A DNA stretch of 63,989 nt, the filler included, from Piptocephalis cylindrospora (taxonomy: Eukaryota), in the NCBI GenBank assembly GCA_003614145.1. It is 6 parts of 6 records of this genome, joined end to end, with 100 filler letters (N's around TTAATTAATTAA, not from the genome) between each part and the next. Parts side by side here need not be neighbours in the genome. Positions count along the whole stretch, not along the records: positions 45,123 to 56,207 come from KZ988010.1; positions 56,308 to 63,989 come from KZ988189.1; 4 more parts are not named here. One strand, written 5' to 3'. Each line of letters starts with the position of its first letter. Position 1 is the stretch's first letter. Positions 48,659-61,091 of this stretch are shown piece after piece. Both the position numbers and the translations under genes were made by a program. The notes below the pieces were generated by a model that saw only the letters and a list, made by a program, of their open reading frames with translations, was not told the DNA's origin and did not search any database.

Positions 48659-49395
48659 ATGCCAGCCGAAAAGAAGGTCCTTGTCCTCGTCGCCGATGGA
48701 TCCGAGGAGATCGAGGTGGTCGTGACGGTGGACGTCCTGCGTCGCGCCGGTCTCCACGTTACCCTGGCCTCGGTGGCCGGGTCTGGCCCTGTGACCTGTA
48801 GCCGTCAAGTGGTCATTACTCCAGATGCTTCCCTGGAGAGTATCAAAGGGGGCCTGGATGCGTACGAAGTCCTGGTTCTTCCTGGAGGTGGAGCTGTCCC
48901 CACGGCCTTTGTCGCGTCCGAACTCGTCATCGGGGTAATCAAGGAATTTGCTGCCAATTCCCGGCTGATTGCAGCCATTTGTGCCGGTGAGTTGGGGAAG
49001 AGTAGGAATGTGTGTGCATGACCTTTATGCTCTATTTACGCAAAATTACTCGCATTGTCCTTGGGTAGGCCCCCTGGCTCTCAAGGCCGCTGGAGTAGGC
49101 GTCGGTGGTCTCATCACGTCTCACCCCTCGGCTCAAAAGGACCTTGAAGGGACATACACATATTCCGAGGAGCGTGTGGTTCTTGGAAAGGGTATCTTGA
49201 CTAGGTGAGGCTCCTGTATACTTTGATCAGAGAATTGCGCTTGGGCTCTCTATCCCTAAACTCACATCTCATTCTAACTCTTGCAACGAATTTAGTCGTG
49301 GCCCTGGAACCTCATTTGAATTTGCTCTGGCGATTGTACGTCATCTTAAGGATCAGATTCATGCTCATGAAGTGGCTGCCCCCATGGTCCTCTAA
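48659..49395 (+). CDS. DJ-1/PfpI (PARK7-like) protein, 3 exons
   Basis: KKVLVLVADGSEEIE..VDVLRRAG, VLPGG, IAAICAG|P, TSHPS, SRGPGTSFEFAL. Confidence 0.93.
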
Positions 49396-49732
49396 TGGTA
49401 GACCAGGTGGGGAGATGAAAATATTCCCCTTGGTATATCACTTCGAATGTGGATTTGTGTGTATGGATGCTGATGATGGCCATGCACTAGGAATGAATGA
49501 AACGGATCGTCTTTATACTTCACGCATCACATCTCCCCCTCCCCATCATCCAGTCGATGATTATTGTGGCAAGAAAGATAAAAGCGGAGACAATGCCCAT
49601 AACAGACGGCATCAACAATATCCTTTTCTTCCTTACAAGTGCCTTGGGAAGATGGTGTGGAAGCACAGGAGGACAAGCTTTCTTCATCTCAAGAAGTGCG
49701 GCAAAGAAAAGGGGAAAGTGAGAGAGGATACA

Positions 49733-51487
49733 CTAATCCTTGAGCAAAGACTTGCCATCCATGAGAGCTGGCACCTCCAAACCCATGAGCTTCAGAATGG
49801 TGGGGGCCACATCACATAGGGCACCTTCGGCCTTGGGGATAAAGTGGTGGGTGTTGGAGGTCATGACGAATGGGACTAATTGAGGATGAAGGCCATGGTC
49901 AGTGCATAAAGACTACATTATTGTCCTCCATCTCCATCCGATGAGGGAGAGGAAGCGAGATGGGATATATGTTACTTACCCTTGGCAGTAGTGTGAGCTG
50001 TATGAGGTTGGCCGCTATCACCAATCATCTTCTCGGCGTTACCATGATCAGAGGTGACAAATAGGGTGTAGCCGTGCTTCTTGCAAGCCTCGTAGATAAT
50101 TCCAATAGCCTTGTCGGTAGCGGAAACGCCCTTGACGGCAGCATCATAGACACCGGTATGACCGACCATGTCAGGGGGAGCAAAGTTGCACATGACAAAT
50201 TCGTACTTGCCCGAAGCCACTTCCTCAGCAACCTGTCGGAGAGGAGAGAAGAGGAGGAGGAGTGAGGGATGGATGTTGAAGAAGGGAATAAAAGTGAAAG
50301 CTACCCTCTTGAGTATCCCCACTTCTTTTAGCACGTACCTTGACACCAACGGCCTCGGAGCTCATCTCGGGCTGGAGATCGTAGGTGGCGACCTTGGGAG
50401 AGGAGATCAAGTCACGCTCCTCACCATCGAACTGGACCTCTTGACCACCATTGAAGAAGAACGTGACATGAGCGTACTTTTCCGTCTCGGCCACATGGCA
50501 CTGCTTGACACCTTGCTTAGACAGGGTCTCTGCCAGGACATCGTCCATGCCCTGGGGTGGGAAAGCGATATCAAAGGGAAAGTCGGTTTTGTACCGGGTG
50601 AAAGTGGTGATGTGGAGGTCTTTGGGGATGTGGACATCATCCATGGGGGGAGGGGAGATTCCCAGGGTCTGGACAATTTCACGCATGCGATCGGAGCGGA
50701 AGTTGAAGCACAAGAGGGTGTCTCCGTCACCGAGGAGACCCTTCTTGTTGATGAGGATGGGCTTGAGGAACTCGTCGGTTTCCTTCCGGTCGTACCGCTC
50801 CTTGATGGCCTTGACACCATCGGACTCCTCGGTCCTTCCATCCTCCTTGGTGAGGCCATCGACGGCAATCTTGATCCTCTCCCACCGCTTATCCCGGTCC
50901 ATAGCGTAGTACCGACCACAGACAGTGGAGATGGTACCGTAGCCGAGCTCACGGATAAAGGACTCGAGGTCCTCGTAGTAGCCAGCGGCGGACTTTGGAG
51001 AGGTGTCACGACCATCGCCAAGGAAGTGAATGTAGGTCTCGGGGACATTAGCGGCCTTGGCGGCCTTGAGCAGACCCTTGAGGTGCTTGATATGACTGTG
51101 GACTCCACCGTCGGACACAAGGCCCAAGAGGTGGAGACGTCCATTTCCGGAAGTAGCACGGTCAAAGGAGGCCTTGATGTTGGGGACTTGACCAAACTTG
51201 CCCTCGGTGAGGGTCTTATTGATGCGGACGATGTCTTGATAGACGACACGACCAGCGCCAATATTCAGGTGACCCACCTCGGAGTTGCCCATCAGGCCTT
51301 CGGGAAGGCCCACGGCAGTGCCATGGGCGGAGAGCTCGGTATAGGGGTAGTTCTTCTCAAAGCCCGACATGACGGGGGTGTCAGCACCCTCGATGGCATC
51401 CCCCTTGGTGTTCTTCTCGGGGGAGATGCCCCAGCCGTCAATGACGACAAGGCAGGCCTTTTGCTTGACTGTGGGATTGGGAGACAT
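49733..51487 (-). CDS. gpmI: 2,3-bisphosphoglycerate-independent phosphoglycerate mutase, 3 exons
   Basis: LVVIDGWG, MGNSEVGHLNIGAGR, SDGGVHSH, DGRDT, GRYYAMDRDKRWER, AETEKYAHVTFFFNGG, PDMVGHTG, SDHGNAE. Confidence 0.97.
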
Positions 51488-52416
51488 TGGGAAATGGATG
51501 GGTGGAAGATTGAACAATGGGGAGGGGGAAGAGGAGAGGATGGCGGGTCAGATCCGTGAGGACGGGGGAAACGACGGCGGTGGTTGAGGAGCCTGGGGTC
51601 ATTTATGGGGAAAATCCGAGACGCACAATGATAAAATAGACGAAGACAAATGACGACGCGCTGTGTGTCTCTGGTAGTGTGGTGAGGGGGGAGAGCACGA
51701 TGGGTAGGTAGGGAAGAGGTGCGCGTCATCTACTGGCGTGTGAGTACGCCTCATAGATAAGAGATGTCTAAGATTGATTGGGGACTAGTATGGGGAAGAT
51801 AGGCTTGGCTGGGTGCATCTTTCAAAAAGGGCATCTCGAATAGAATTTAACAAGTGGCCTAGCCATCTCCATAAAAATTTGAATGGAAGGGGATGGGGAT
51901 GGATGGGATGGTGGAGATGATGGTCATACAACTATGAAAAGGGACATGATGGATACGAGGTTCAAATCTCATCAGTACAAACGGCGTATAAAATAACAGT
52001 AGGAAAAATAGATGTCATATTATTACTGAAAATGGGAATGATCACTGGCTACCCCAGAATGAACAATAGTATTGCGGGAGATCACCACGATACAACAGGA
52101 TCATATGAATGGAATAGGAGCGAGTGTCCGTCCCCATTTCACCTTGACGACCGTATTTTGCCTTGTTTCCCAATTGACGCAAATTATTTTCGGACTTTAA
52201 TAAGCACCGAGAGAGGCCCACTGAGCGGGCCTGCCACTTGACAAAATGGTTCACAGCGTTCTCACTCTGTCCCTTCCCCAGCACACCTAGGGCCATGGTA
52301 AGGAGGAGGGATAAGAGGGAGGGGCAATGATCAAAGAGAAAGGGCTCAAACACTTTGGTCGCCTTCCTGTCCCATCACCTTTTCCTCCTGACTTTTCCTC
52401 CCTCAGTTCCTTCACT

Positions 52417-53012
52417 ATGTCTGGCCCTGCTACCTCTGCTGTGACTCAATCAGCCCTTCAACGGTTCATTAACCATCCTGCCGGTAGGTCATCGAGTCGA
52501 GGGGGCTCCTGAATACGCTGCATGATCCTATCCATACTCATCTCTCCCCCTTCTTCGCACGCTGCGCACACCAGGCCCAAAGACCATCCACTTTTGGGCC
52601 CCGGCTGCCAAATGGGGCCTTGTCCTTGCGGGACTTGGGGATATGCAAAGGCCTGCCGAGAAGCTGAGCGTGACTCAGACACTTTGTAAGTGACTGGTTT
52701 GTAAGATGGACGGATGGAGCCATGACCAAGCCTTGCTCACAAAGCCCTTCCTTTCCTCCACCCATGAATGGGGTAGCGTTGACGGCAACTGGTCTCATCT
52801 GGAGTAGGTATTCCACGCAGATCACTCCCAAGAACTGGTCGCTCTTTTCGGTCAATATCTTTGTTGCCCTGACGGGTCTTTATCAAGTGGGTCGTCTTTA
52901 CAAGTAAGTCAGAATGGGATGGGACGGGACGGGGAAAGGGCATTGGACTCATCCACGTTGAATGAGTAGGTATCACTATATGGACCAAGAAGTCAAGGAA
53001 AAGGAGCAATGA
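52417..53012 (+). CDS. MPC2: Mitochondrial pyruvate carrier 2, multi-exon
   Basis: FINHPA|GPKTIHFWAPAAKWGLVLAG..D..RPAEKLS..Q|LTATGLIWSRYSTQITPKNWSLFSVN. Confidence 0.93.
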
Positions 53013-53140
53013 GCCATGGCACTGTGTCTTTTGGATCGTGGAATGAGCATGTCGAGACATCTACCTACACATATCCTTTCAATATACCTCAACCTTTATG
53101 GAGATGGATAGGCTCAGTTCTCACCTTGCACTCTTTTCCC

Positions 53141-53885
53141 TTACGGATTCACTTCCTCCTCCTCCCATGTCTGATCCGCCGTCTTTCCCCATATGCGATG
53201 ATCCGGGGGACGGACAGAGAGATCCACCAGATCCACCCGTTGCACCTGGATGGCACAGAGTACAAAGTTAGCTAGGGCTTGGGGCTCCATGTCATCCTGC
53301 CAATGGTCTGGAAAGGAGTCGGGAGATGCCCTTGGCCCATGTCCAGGGTGCGGCCATGTCCATAGGAGCTTGGAGGCCGGGGACACACAGTGCCTCCAGG
53401 CCACAAGGCGCTCTTTGTCCGGGGAGATGTCAGAAAGAGGCCAGTGATGGCCCTTTTCCTGTTCCATCTCCGTGGTGGATGGGAGGACAAGGTGAGCCAA
53501 TCCCCTTAGCCTATACTGCTCCTGAGTCTCTGGAAACCACCAGCACAGCTCTACCCGAGGATCTTTGAGAAGCCCAGGGATCTTTTCAGAACGAAGATCC
53601 GTGGCAAAGCGAAGAAGACACTCTTCCTGCTCGTCCTCATCGTGGGAGACGCACCTTTGACCTGTCGAAGACCTATCGCCGATGAACCCGCGAAATTGAA
53701 GCATCCTGACCTGAGGCGTATTGTCCTTTCCCAAAGAGGCAAGGACTGGGTTGGCTGAATGATGTGAACACGGCATGAGCGTGGATCCAGCTGGATGGAT
53801 GAGGAGCTGTACATAAAAAGGAATACATACCAGGGGAAGAGGCTGCATTGAGCGAGGAAGTCAAGTATTTCCTCCAGGAGGGCAT
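53141..53885 (-). CDS. Pyridoxamine 5'-phosphate oxidase-like FMN-binding protein
   Basis: PQVRMLQFRGF, TDLRSEK, VELCWWFPETQEQYRLRG, NFVL..VDLVDL, W.EEEVNP*; probably one intron near the 5' end. Confidence 0.85.
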
Positions 53886-56045
53886 GCTAGATGAGTAGAG
53901 CTGGGATGGTTGAATCAAGAAGGAGGGAAAGAGGGTGGGGGAGGCGGGAAGAAAGATGTGGAGAAACCAGCGGATGAGATGGGTGACGTGGAGATGGCCT
54001 TTGGGCTAATGTGCGCATGATGAAGCAGGTTCGTGAAGAAATAGTGGGCTGGCGGGCTAGCTTCCTTGGATTGACTCTACTCCTTTCATTTTGCTTCCTC
54101 AGGGGAAAATACTCTGCCTTTGACTTCATTGCCATTCACATCCCGCAAAGGTCTCTCCAGGCACCCTTGAACATTGGTGTTTGAATGATCTTTTAGGGTG
54201 TCAAAATCAAGATGCATGTCGTTGGTCGTTTTGCATTCCATCTCACGACTTTTCTTCCGTCATGACGTCTACTCACTTTACTGAGTAGTATCGTAGGTTC
54301 ATCCTCATCCTCATGTACGATTCGCCCACAATGACATGTTGGACCAGTCATGATCCACCCCCCTCTCCTCTCCTTCCCTCTCTTCCTCTATACACGCACA
54401 CATACACACACACACATCCATAGATGCATGCATGTATATACGTCCATCGGACCTGACGCGTCCCATGTCCTTGCACATGCACGGTTGGCACCTACATCTC
54501 TCTCCCTTTTTCTTGTTTGTGTGTGTGTGTCTCTCTCTCTCCTCACCATCCCTCCTCTGTACTCCACACTATTTCATCCCCGATCATGCATCCCCCTTTC
54601 CTGATCGTCCGCACATCTTTCACATGTCCACCCACACGGAGATGGCCAACTTCCCTGTCTGGCCCTCCTGGATCATCATGCTCTTGTGGGGTTCATCAGG
54701 ACGCGTCTAGCAAGCAATGGTCGGGCACAAGTGTAGACCCATGCATATTGTTTGTGGTAGGGAAGGATGCACTTGACCCGACAAAAAGGGCAAGAAGATA
54801 CATAAACAGACCTTACCCTCTAACAGATAGATCCGTGGCATTCAATAGGTAGGAGTGGACGAAATCCACCTCCTCTCAACATCCTCCCATCCCCCATGCC
54901 AAGCGAGAATGGATAGCGGGAGGTATATTGTCCTTCACAGCCCCAACCTCATCTTCTTCCTTGTCATAGAACACCAAGTCCGCTCCCTTCCATCCCCTCC
55001 CCTCCGATAAAAATCACACATTGCCTCACATCCCATTGCCGCACACACACAATACACACGCACGCACTTTCCCTTTCTGAGGGGGGAGGAGGAGGGGCAA
55101 TGGCCATACATAACCACACACACAGTGTCGGTAAGTGTGGCCACTCCACACGCGCCCTCTCTCTCTCCTCCAACCAGACCTTCCCTTCCACCGCTTCTCC
55201 TTACCCGCTTTCTAGTCGGCCCTTTGCCCCTCCCTTCCCTCCGTCCCCGGCCCAAGGACAACACATTGGTCGCCACCTCATCCATCCTCCTCCTCTGTCT
55301 CCTCCCCCCCCTCCTCGCTCTCCTCTTCTCTTCTTATTCTCCTCCTCCCCCCCTCCTCACCCCCTTCCTTCCTTTCTTCCTTCTCCTTCCTCTCTCTATT
55401 CTTACCGTGCTCATCCTCCAGTGCTCCCCTCTTTGTTTCTACACTACGTCCCCCTTCCCTCTCCCTCTCCCTCCCTCTGTCCCTCCCTGCTACCCGTCCC
55501 TCCCGCACGGGCGTTTCGGAAAAGTCAACGTAAGTCATTGTGAATGAAAAAGCACATCTTGAAGGAGAGTAAAGTCGTGATTGAGATCATGTGCCCCGTG
55601 TCGCTTTATTGACATTTTTCTCTTCTCCTCTTCCTCTCTCTCTTTCCACAAGTAGCCTTGGGCACCTTGTCCACTTGCGTGTGCACACACTCACCTCTCC
55701 TCCTTTCCCACCACCATCACCTCTCCCTCCCCCCTCCTCCCCTCCAAATCTCCCTTGCGCCTCCTCTTCACGGACCAAAAGCTCGCCCCGTGTATATCTT
55801 CCCCGCCCCTTTCCGCCTCAGAAAAACTCAGTCTCACAATCCTTCCGTGACACCCCCAACAATCAACGATCTTGGGAGATTGTGCCAATCGTCTCACACT
55901 CATCCTCCCCCTCCCTCTCTCTCTCCGCTGCGCCGCACTCCGATCGCTCGATCGTCATCCCCATTCTAGCTTGGCGCACCACGCTTTTCCGCTCAAAAAC
56001 AAACTCCTCCCGTTCCGAGGATCCACCCACCCATCCTCCCTTCAC

Positions 56046-56207
56046 CATGTCGCATGCTCGTGATGAGCAGGGGGATGTCCTCATGGAGGATCGTCCCTCC
56101 CCCACTACCCCCACTTCACATCTCCTTTCCGCTTCCGTCGATCCTGCAGCCTCCGTCAAGGAAGAGACCGTCGATAGGGCCAAGCGGGGAGGAAACGATC
56201 TCAAGGA
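56046..56207 (+). CDS. 5' fragment of an unidentified gene, truncated by the contig end
   Basis: ATG after a long CT-rich leader; the frame stays open to the linker (MSHARDEQGDVLMED...). Confidence 0.45.
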
Positions 56208-56307
56208 NNNNNNNNNNNNNNNNNNNNNNNNNNNNNNNNNNNNNNNNNNNNTTAATTAATTAANNNNNNNNNNNNNNNNNNNNNNNNNNNNNNNNNNNNN
56301 NNNNNNN
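56208..56307. other. Artificial contig linker
   Basis: 44 N + ttaattaattaa + 44 N. Confidence 0.99.
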
Positions 56308-56594
56308 GGAGGGGATGTGGAAAGTATGATAGTGACCCGTGAATGGTTGGTACAAGTGAGTTTCTGACGAGGGTGGAAGAGATAATATCTATTGAGGGGA
56401 ACGCGACCAAAATGGAGGAGGTGTTGACTTGTGAGCATTTTTATAAAAAGAAAAAGAGTATAGTTTTCTCTAATACTTTTTTGCTATTTAGCGTCATCAT
56501 TAGGGATATGAATGGAATAACGGCCGTATCTTTCCGCAATCCATTCGATCATTTAATGATGTCACTCTACTGCCACGAATTAGATCCGAGGTGA
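56308..56594 (+). CDS. 3' fragment of an unidentified gene
   Basis: Plausible donor gtgagt near 56356 and terminal exon ...MNGITAVSFRNPFDHLMMSLYCHELDPR*; family not recognised. Confidence 0.35.
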
Positions 56595-56859
56595 TGAGCA
56601 CATCTATAAAGAGAGGGGCGGGCCTCAGCACACCCTTTGTCATGCCCTCCGCCTTTCAGGGTAATGCAAGAAAAAGCTTATTCCAACTCCTCTACCCTTC
56701 CCACTCCCTAGGGCCCACCATTACCCTTTAGGATCTACCGTCACTCCTTAGGATTTACCATCCATCCCCCAGCCATGTTAGACACATGCTCCAGATGCAA
56801 GATGAAAAAGATGAGCGGTCAATGTACATACATGACGTCCTTGCCGGGTTCTACAAAGG

Positions 56860-57651
56860 CTAAGGGGAGGATTCAGGAAGGGCGGGAGGGGATGTCGAGG
56901 AAGTGGGAGAGGATTGGACCAAAGGATGTTGCTGATGTGCTCCGTACAATGGGGGAGTGGAGGAGCCCTCGGATCTCTCGGGTCGACGGGGTTGACCCCC
57001 ACTCCCGCGCCAAAGCGTTTTACTTCTCCGGGTGTACATCGGAACGGGATCACGAATGTCAACCTCAAGGACTTCCTGAGGTCTGTTATTTCCCGGAACC
57101 CTCGGGTAGGTACTGGCATGAACAGGGACGGGGACTTGAGGCGGTCGATTCGCTCCAGAGCCATTCATACTGACTTGATGATCTCCTTGGGTCAAAATGA
57201 TATCCAAGCCTCGACGACCGCTTCTTCCCGTACCCTGTGGTGGATTCGGTTGGGAAGAGCCAACCATCTCCGATCGTGACTGGGCCTCCTCGATGGAAGA
57301 AGTATCCTGGGAGGATCCCTCCGACGCCGATCGGATCTGTCGATACCGATGAATAGCAAATATAATGAGTAGGAGGAGAAGGGCGGCGACGGCGCAGCTA
57401 AGGATGATGATCAACGCACGATTGTTTCCGGATGACTCATGATCTGGGGTAACCTCAGCTATGGGCGTAGGCTGTGGAGAATTTGGGATGGTTGAGGGAG
57501 TGGCCGTTATGGTGCTCACCAAAGAAATGGTGGTGGGAACCAAGGAGGTGACGGTTGGAAGGAAGCTTTGAATTTGGGGTGGCACAGCCATCGGGGTAGG
57601 TAAGGGTCTTTCGCCCAAGGCAGAGATGGTGAGTGGATCGGCTATGGACAT
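56860..57651 (-). CDS. Single-pass membrane protein with Thr/Ser/Pro-rich N-terminus and PY-like cytosolic motifs
   Basis: TM segment LIIILSCAVAALLLLLIIFAI followed by HRYR; tail contains VPMY and PPLY. Confidence 0.7.
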   Translation of the reverse strand: MSIADPLTISALGERPLPTPMAVPPQIQSFLPTVTSLVPTTISLVSTITATPSTIPNSPQPTPIAEVTPDHESSGNNRALIIILSCAVAALLLLLIIFAIHRYRQIRSASEGSSQDTSSIEEAQSRSEMVGSSQPNPPQGTGRSGRRGLDIILTQGDHQVSMNGSGANRPPQVPVPVHASTYPRVPGNNRPQEVLEVDIRDPVPMYTRRSKTLWRGSGGQPRRPERSEGSSTPPLYGAHQQHPLVQSSPTSSTSPPALPESSP

Positions 57652-58721
57652 GGTACATGTGGGTAGGGAGAGGGAGGAAAGGGAAAGGGAGAGCAAGGCT
57701 TATCGGTAGAGCAGGCCAGGGAAGCAAGAGGCAAGATCCGTCCTTCCTTCTTACGCTAGTCCAAGCCCATTTTCCTGTTATCTGTTGCCTACTGGTGGTG
57801 TGGTGAGGAGGGATAAAAAGGAGCTTATAAGCCCTTGCGGAGTGGGCCTGTCCACAGTCGCTACTTCCTTGATCCGACTGATGTGGACTGTCTCACACCT
57901 ATTTTTATCCCCGAATGGCCCATACTCCGACACCTGTTTTCCACCCTTACTGGGAAAGAAACATAATGGTACGCGCACGCATGCTTGGGTATGGCAAGTG
58001 GGACAGCCGTCTATTTATCCGATGGAAGAAAATTGCCAAGGCGCATCATCGTGGGGGGGTATAAGAGTGAGTGTGGGTTCAAGCACAAGGCAGAACAGGG
58101 AAGGGGTAGATAGGAAAGGGAGGGCATCTGTCTAATTTTGAAAGAGGGTCTTGAATACGAGGCGTATAGAACGAAAATGGAAGGACTGGGAAAAAGCGTT
58201 TATCAGTCAGTTGTTGGTCAACACGGAAAATAAGCATGTGTTGGCATAAGTAGTACTTCGGCCGCACAGCGAAGGGAAATCGCTATTAGTTCATGGGGTC
58301 TTTTAAGGGATCGCTGACTGGAGAAGGCCTATCCAGTTGCAGAAAGAAGGAAAGCTTACAGAGCTCCTCAAGGGTGTTCAAAAAGGCAAAGCTTGAATGG
58401 GTACCGATAAAAATAATAAAGAGTACAGGAGTGAGCGTTGAGAAAGCCTGGACAGGACATGCCCATTGTACTACGTACACACGGTATAATTTATTTACTA
58501 AGAAAACGACGGTAGAGGGCCTGGGTTTCCGTTATTTTACATGAAATATGTCGCACTTTTTCATCTTTTATTGAGAAAGGGAGCGGAGTAAAATCAGAGG
58601 TACCGTCTCCGCCTCCATTGTTGCGCTTCCTTGAAGGCCCTTCACATTCTGGTGTAGGTCAACAAAGGGGACTAGAACATTTCTATTCTTCCTCCTTTAC
58701 TCCTCCTCCCGACCCCTCCAA

Positions 58722-59092
58722 ATGTACCAGTCCTATCCCTCGGCTACAGATACACCTGATCAGACTCAGGACCACACGGACCCCAACTCGGCCAGAGCCA
58801 GACAATACGAAACGTTGCATCGACAACTGGAACGTCTCCAGCGAAATGCAAGCCGACTGGCCCAGGCGTGTGATGACACGGCGGATAGTGTTCGAAGCAC
58901 CCAGGTCCTAGGGACCATCCACGCATCGCTGTACGTATATTGTTTTATACCTTTGATCTAAAGACGGTGGGAAGTAACTAACGAATGGGTTCCATGACGG
59001 CTAGATTCATGGCCTCCTCCACCGTGCTGTCTAACCCTCCCATGGAGACCTCGGCACCCGAGGAAGAGGGGAGAGAGAAGGGAGCTGCTTAG
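58722..59092 (+). CDS. HSK3: DASH/Dam1 complex subunit Hsk3, 2 exons
   Basis: RARQYETLHRQLERLQRN...LGTIHASL|FMASSTVL fits the Hsk3 pattern RQYxxLxxQL..L..N...LG..H..LFMA. Confidence 0.7.
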
Positions 59093-59245
59093 GGAACGAG
59101 TATTTCTCTACCGGATCCTAGATACATCCATTTGGCCTGGATCGGATTGGATGCCATCCTTCCCGATCGCCATATTCTCTTACACACGCGCACAAGCATC
59201 CTCATCCAAGGGGGAAACAAGCTGATCCCAGCAACCTCAGCACTA

Positions 59246-59937
59246 TTACAAGGCAAGGCAAATATCACAAGAATTACACAACATGATCCAGCCGACGGCA
59301 GCATCCCAGGTCCAAAGTACTGGCCCTGGACATATGCGACTAGAAAGGGAGAGGGTAGATTATATTAGATCATGATAGGACCATATCCAATGTATCGCCC
59401 AGTACCCCTTACCCATGCTCCGTGGAGAGTTGAGAAGCTTGAACTGGTGGGGAGGGGGAGGTGCTAGTTTGTTGCTCATACATAGCCACCTCAGCCTCCA
59501 AGGCCTCTTGTTCCGAATTTAACATATGAGCATACACCTCTTCGTCTACGATGGGGACAAATTGAGTGGATGGAAATTGCTGAGCTTCTCTCTCCAGCAC
59601 CATCCTCATAGATTTCCTTACCGTGCTCAGCAATGAGTTCAGCCTCTAGCTCAGTCAGCCATTCGGGGTCCAGGGAGGCCTCATCTTGGAAATTGACCCA
59701 TTCCTCCTGAAGAACTCGTCGAATACTATCGGCTCTGCCAGCATCCAGTCGTTCCCGCCGGTCTGCGCTCATGCGGTCAAAGCACCTGGTTCGGAAGCGT
59801 CGTCTTTGTTCCTCACGGGCCTGGGCATCCCTTTCCCCTCCAATCGGAAGGACCCTTCTTTTCATGTGCTCCCTCGTGGAGGCCTTGATACTCCTTCGAG
59901 GAGGAGTTGGAAATGTGGGGAGGAAGGGAAAGGGCAT
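59246..59937 (-). CDS. RPA-interacting protein (RPAIN/RIP)-like, 3 exons
   Basis: RRRFRTRCFDRM..RR.RL N-terminal motif, acidic middle, C-terminal EHG|RICP...MLCNSCDICLAL*. Confidence 0.7.
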
Positions 59938-60249
59938 GTCGAAAGGATATGTTGTTGTTATGGATGGAGGAAAGTTGTGGGTGAGGTCGCGGAATATTGA
60001 TCATCGTCGTTGTAGTAAGGGACATATATCCAGCCTTTCTACGCATTCATGAGCCTGTGTGGGTGCCAGGCTGGAGTTTAGTGAGGGAGGTAGGACACGT
60101 CCCCCACCACATCCTCAGCTACAAAGAAAGAAGTAGGATTCTGTACTAGAGATAGCGCGCCTGGACAGTGACACGCCCATCACTTTCTTTACTTCCACCT
60201 CTCACGGCATCCCTGACCTTCATCTCTCCCAAAGCTAAAGTACAGCAAT

Positions 60250-60855
60250 ATGCTACGCACCACCTCGCTTTTCAAGGTAAGGAGGGTCGGGTTAAGGATC
60301 AAGGATCATCCTCTCACTCATACTGTTGTCTATGCGTGTACCAGACGGTCGCGTCCATGACTCGACCTAACCTGCAGATGTCTGGCCCCTCGGCCCTCCT
60401 CACCGGGGCCCGTCGTCTGATTACGGACAAGGCCAAGGCAGCCATTGAGGATGGTATTAAGAATAACGCAGTGTGTGTCTTTATGAAGGGCACGCCCGAG
60501 GCCCCTCAGTGCGGGTTTAGCCGGGCTGTTGCTCAGATCCTTCAGGTTCAAGGTAAGTTTATGAATGATTTCCTATAACCTGTATGACGATTAGGAGTCA
60601 CCAGATAATCAAATTCTCACCCACGTAGGCATTGAAGAGTACAAATCCTTTAATGTTCTGGCTGATGAGGAGCTTCGTGCTGGGATCAAGGAATACTCCT
60701 CCTGGCCCACGATCCCTCAAGTGTACGTGAATGGGGACTTTGTTGGAGGTTGTGACATTGTCTACAACATGTACAAGTCTGGGGAACTCGAGGAGTTGCT
60801 GGTCAAGGAAGGGATTGTTCAGCCCATTGCCGAGGATGGGGATAAGAAGGAATGA
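60250..60855 (+). CDS. GRX5: Mitochondrial monothiol glutaredoxin, 3 exons
   Basis: [43 protein letters not shown]. Confidence 0.96.
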
Positions 60856-61091
60856 ATGATGCGTGAGGATAGAAAGAGAGAATGAATAGGGTGGGTGCGT
60901 GTGTGATGATTCAATAGAGAGAGAATCATGGGTATGATCTTTCAAATAAAAGCTCATCTATTCACACACACATATATATGAACGAGGGTCAATAACAACA
61001 ACAACAACAACAGTGGCAGATGACTAGACGCATCATCCTATGAACACCTCTTCCCCCCCCCCCCCCCCCAAAAAAAAGATAAGATGGAGGA

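Noticed and set aside
49733..51487. Bacterial-like iPGM as a horizontal transfer candidate
   Set aside because: It has spliceosomal introns, and iPGM is widespread in fungi outside yeasts.
50168..51559. 463-aa plus-strand ORF opposite iPGM
   Set aside because: Antisense shadow of a strongly codon-biased gene; no independent motifs.
51950..51985. gaggttcaaatctc resembling a tRNA T-loop/B box
   Set aside because: No acceptor, D or anticodon arms can be formed around it.
48659..53885. DJ-1, iPGM, MPC2 and PNPOx-like as a glycolysis/detoxification cluster
   Set aside because: Ordinary housekeeping neighbours in a compact genome; no shared regulatory evidence seen.
11290..56307. Regularly spaced TTAATTAATTAA flanked by Ns, resembling a periodic repeat
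   Set aside because: Identical 100-bp synthetic linkers between size-sorted contigs; not biological.
481..59092. Kinetochore genes CENP-T and HSK3 in one window suggesting a cluster
   Set aside because: They lie on different contigs joined artificially.
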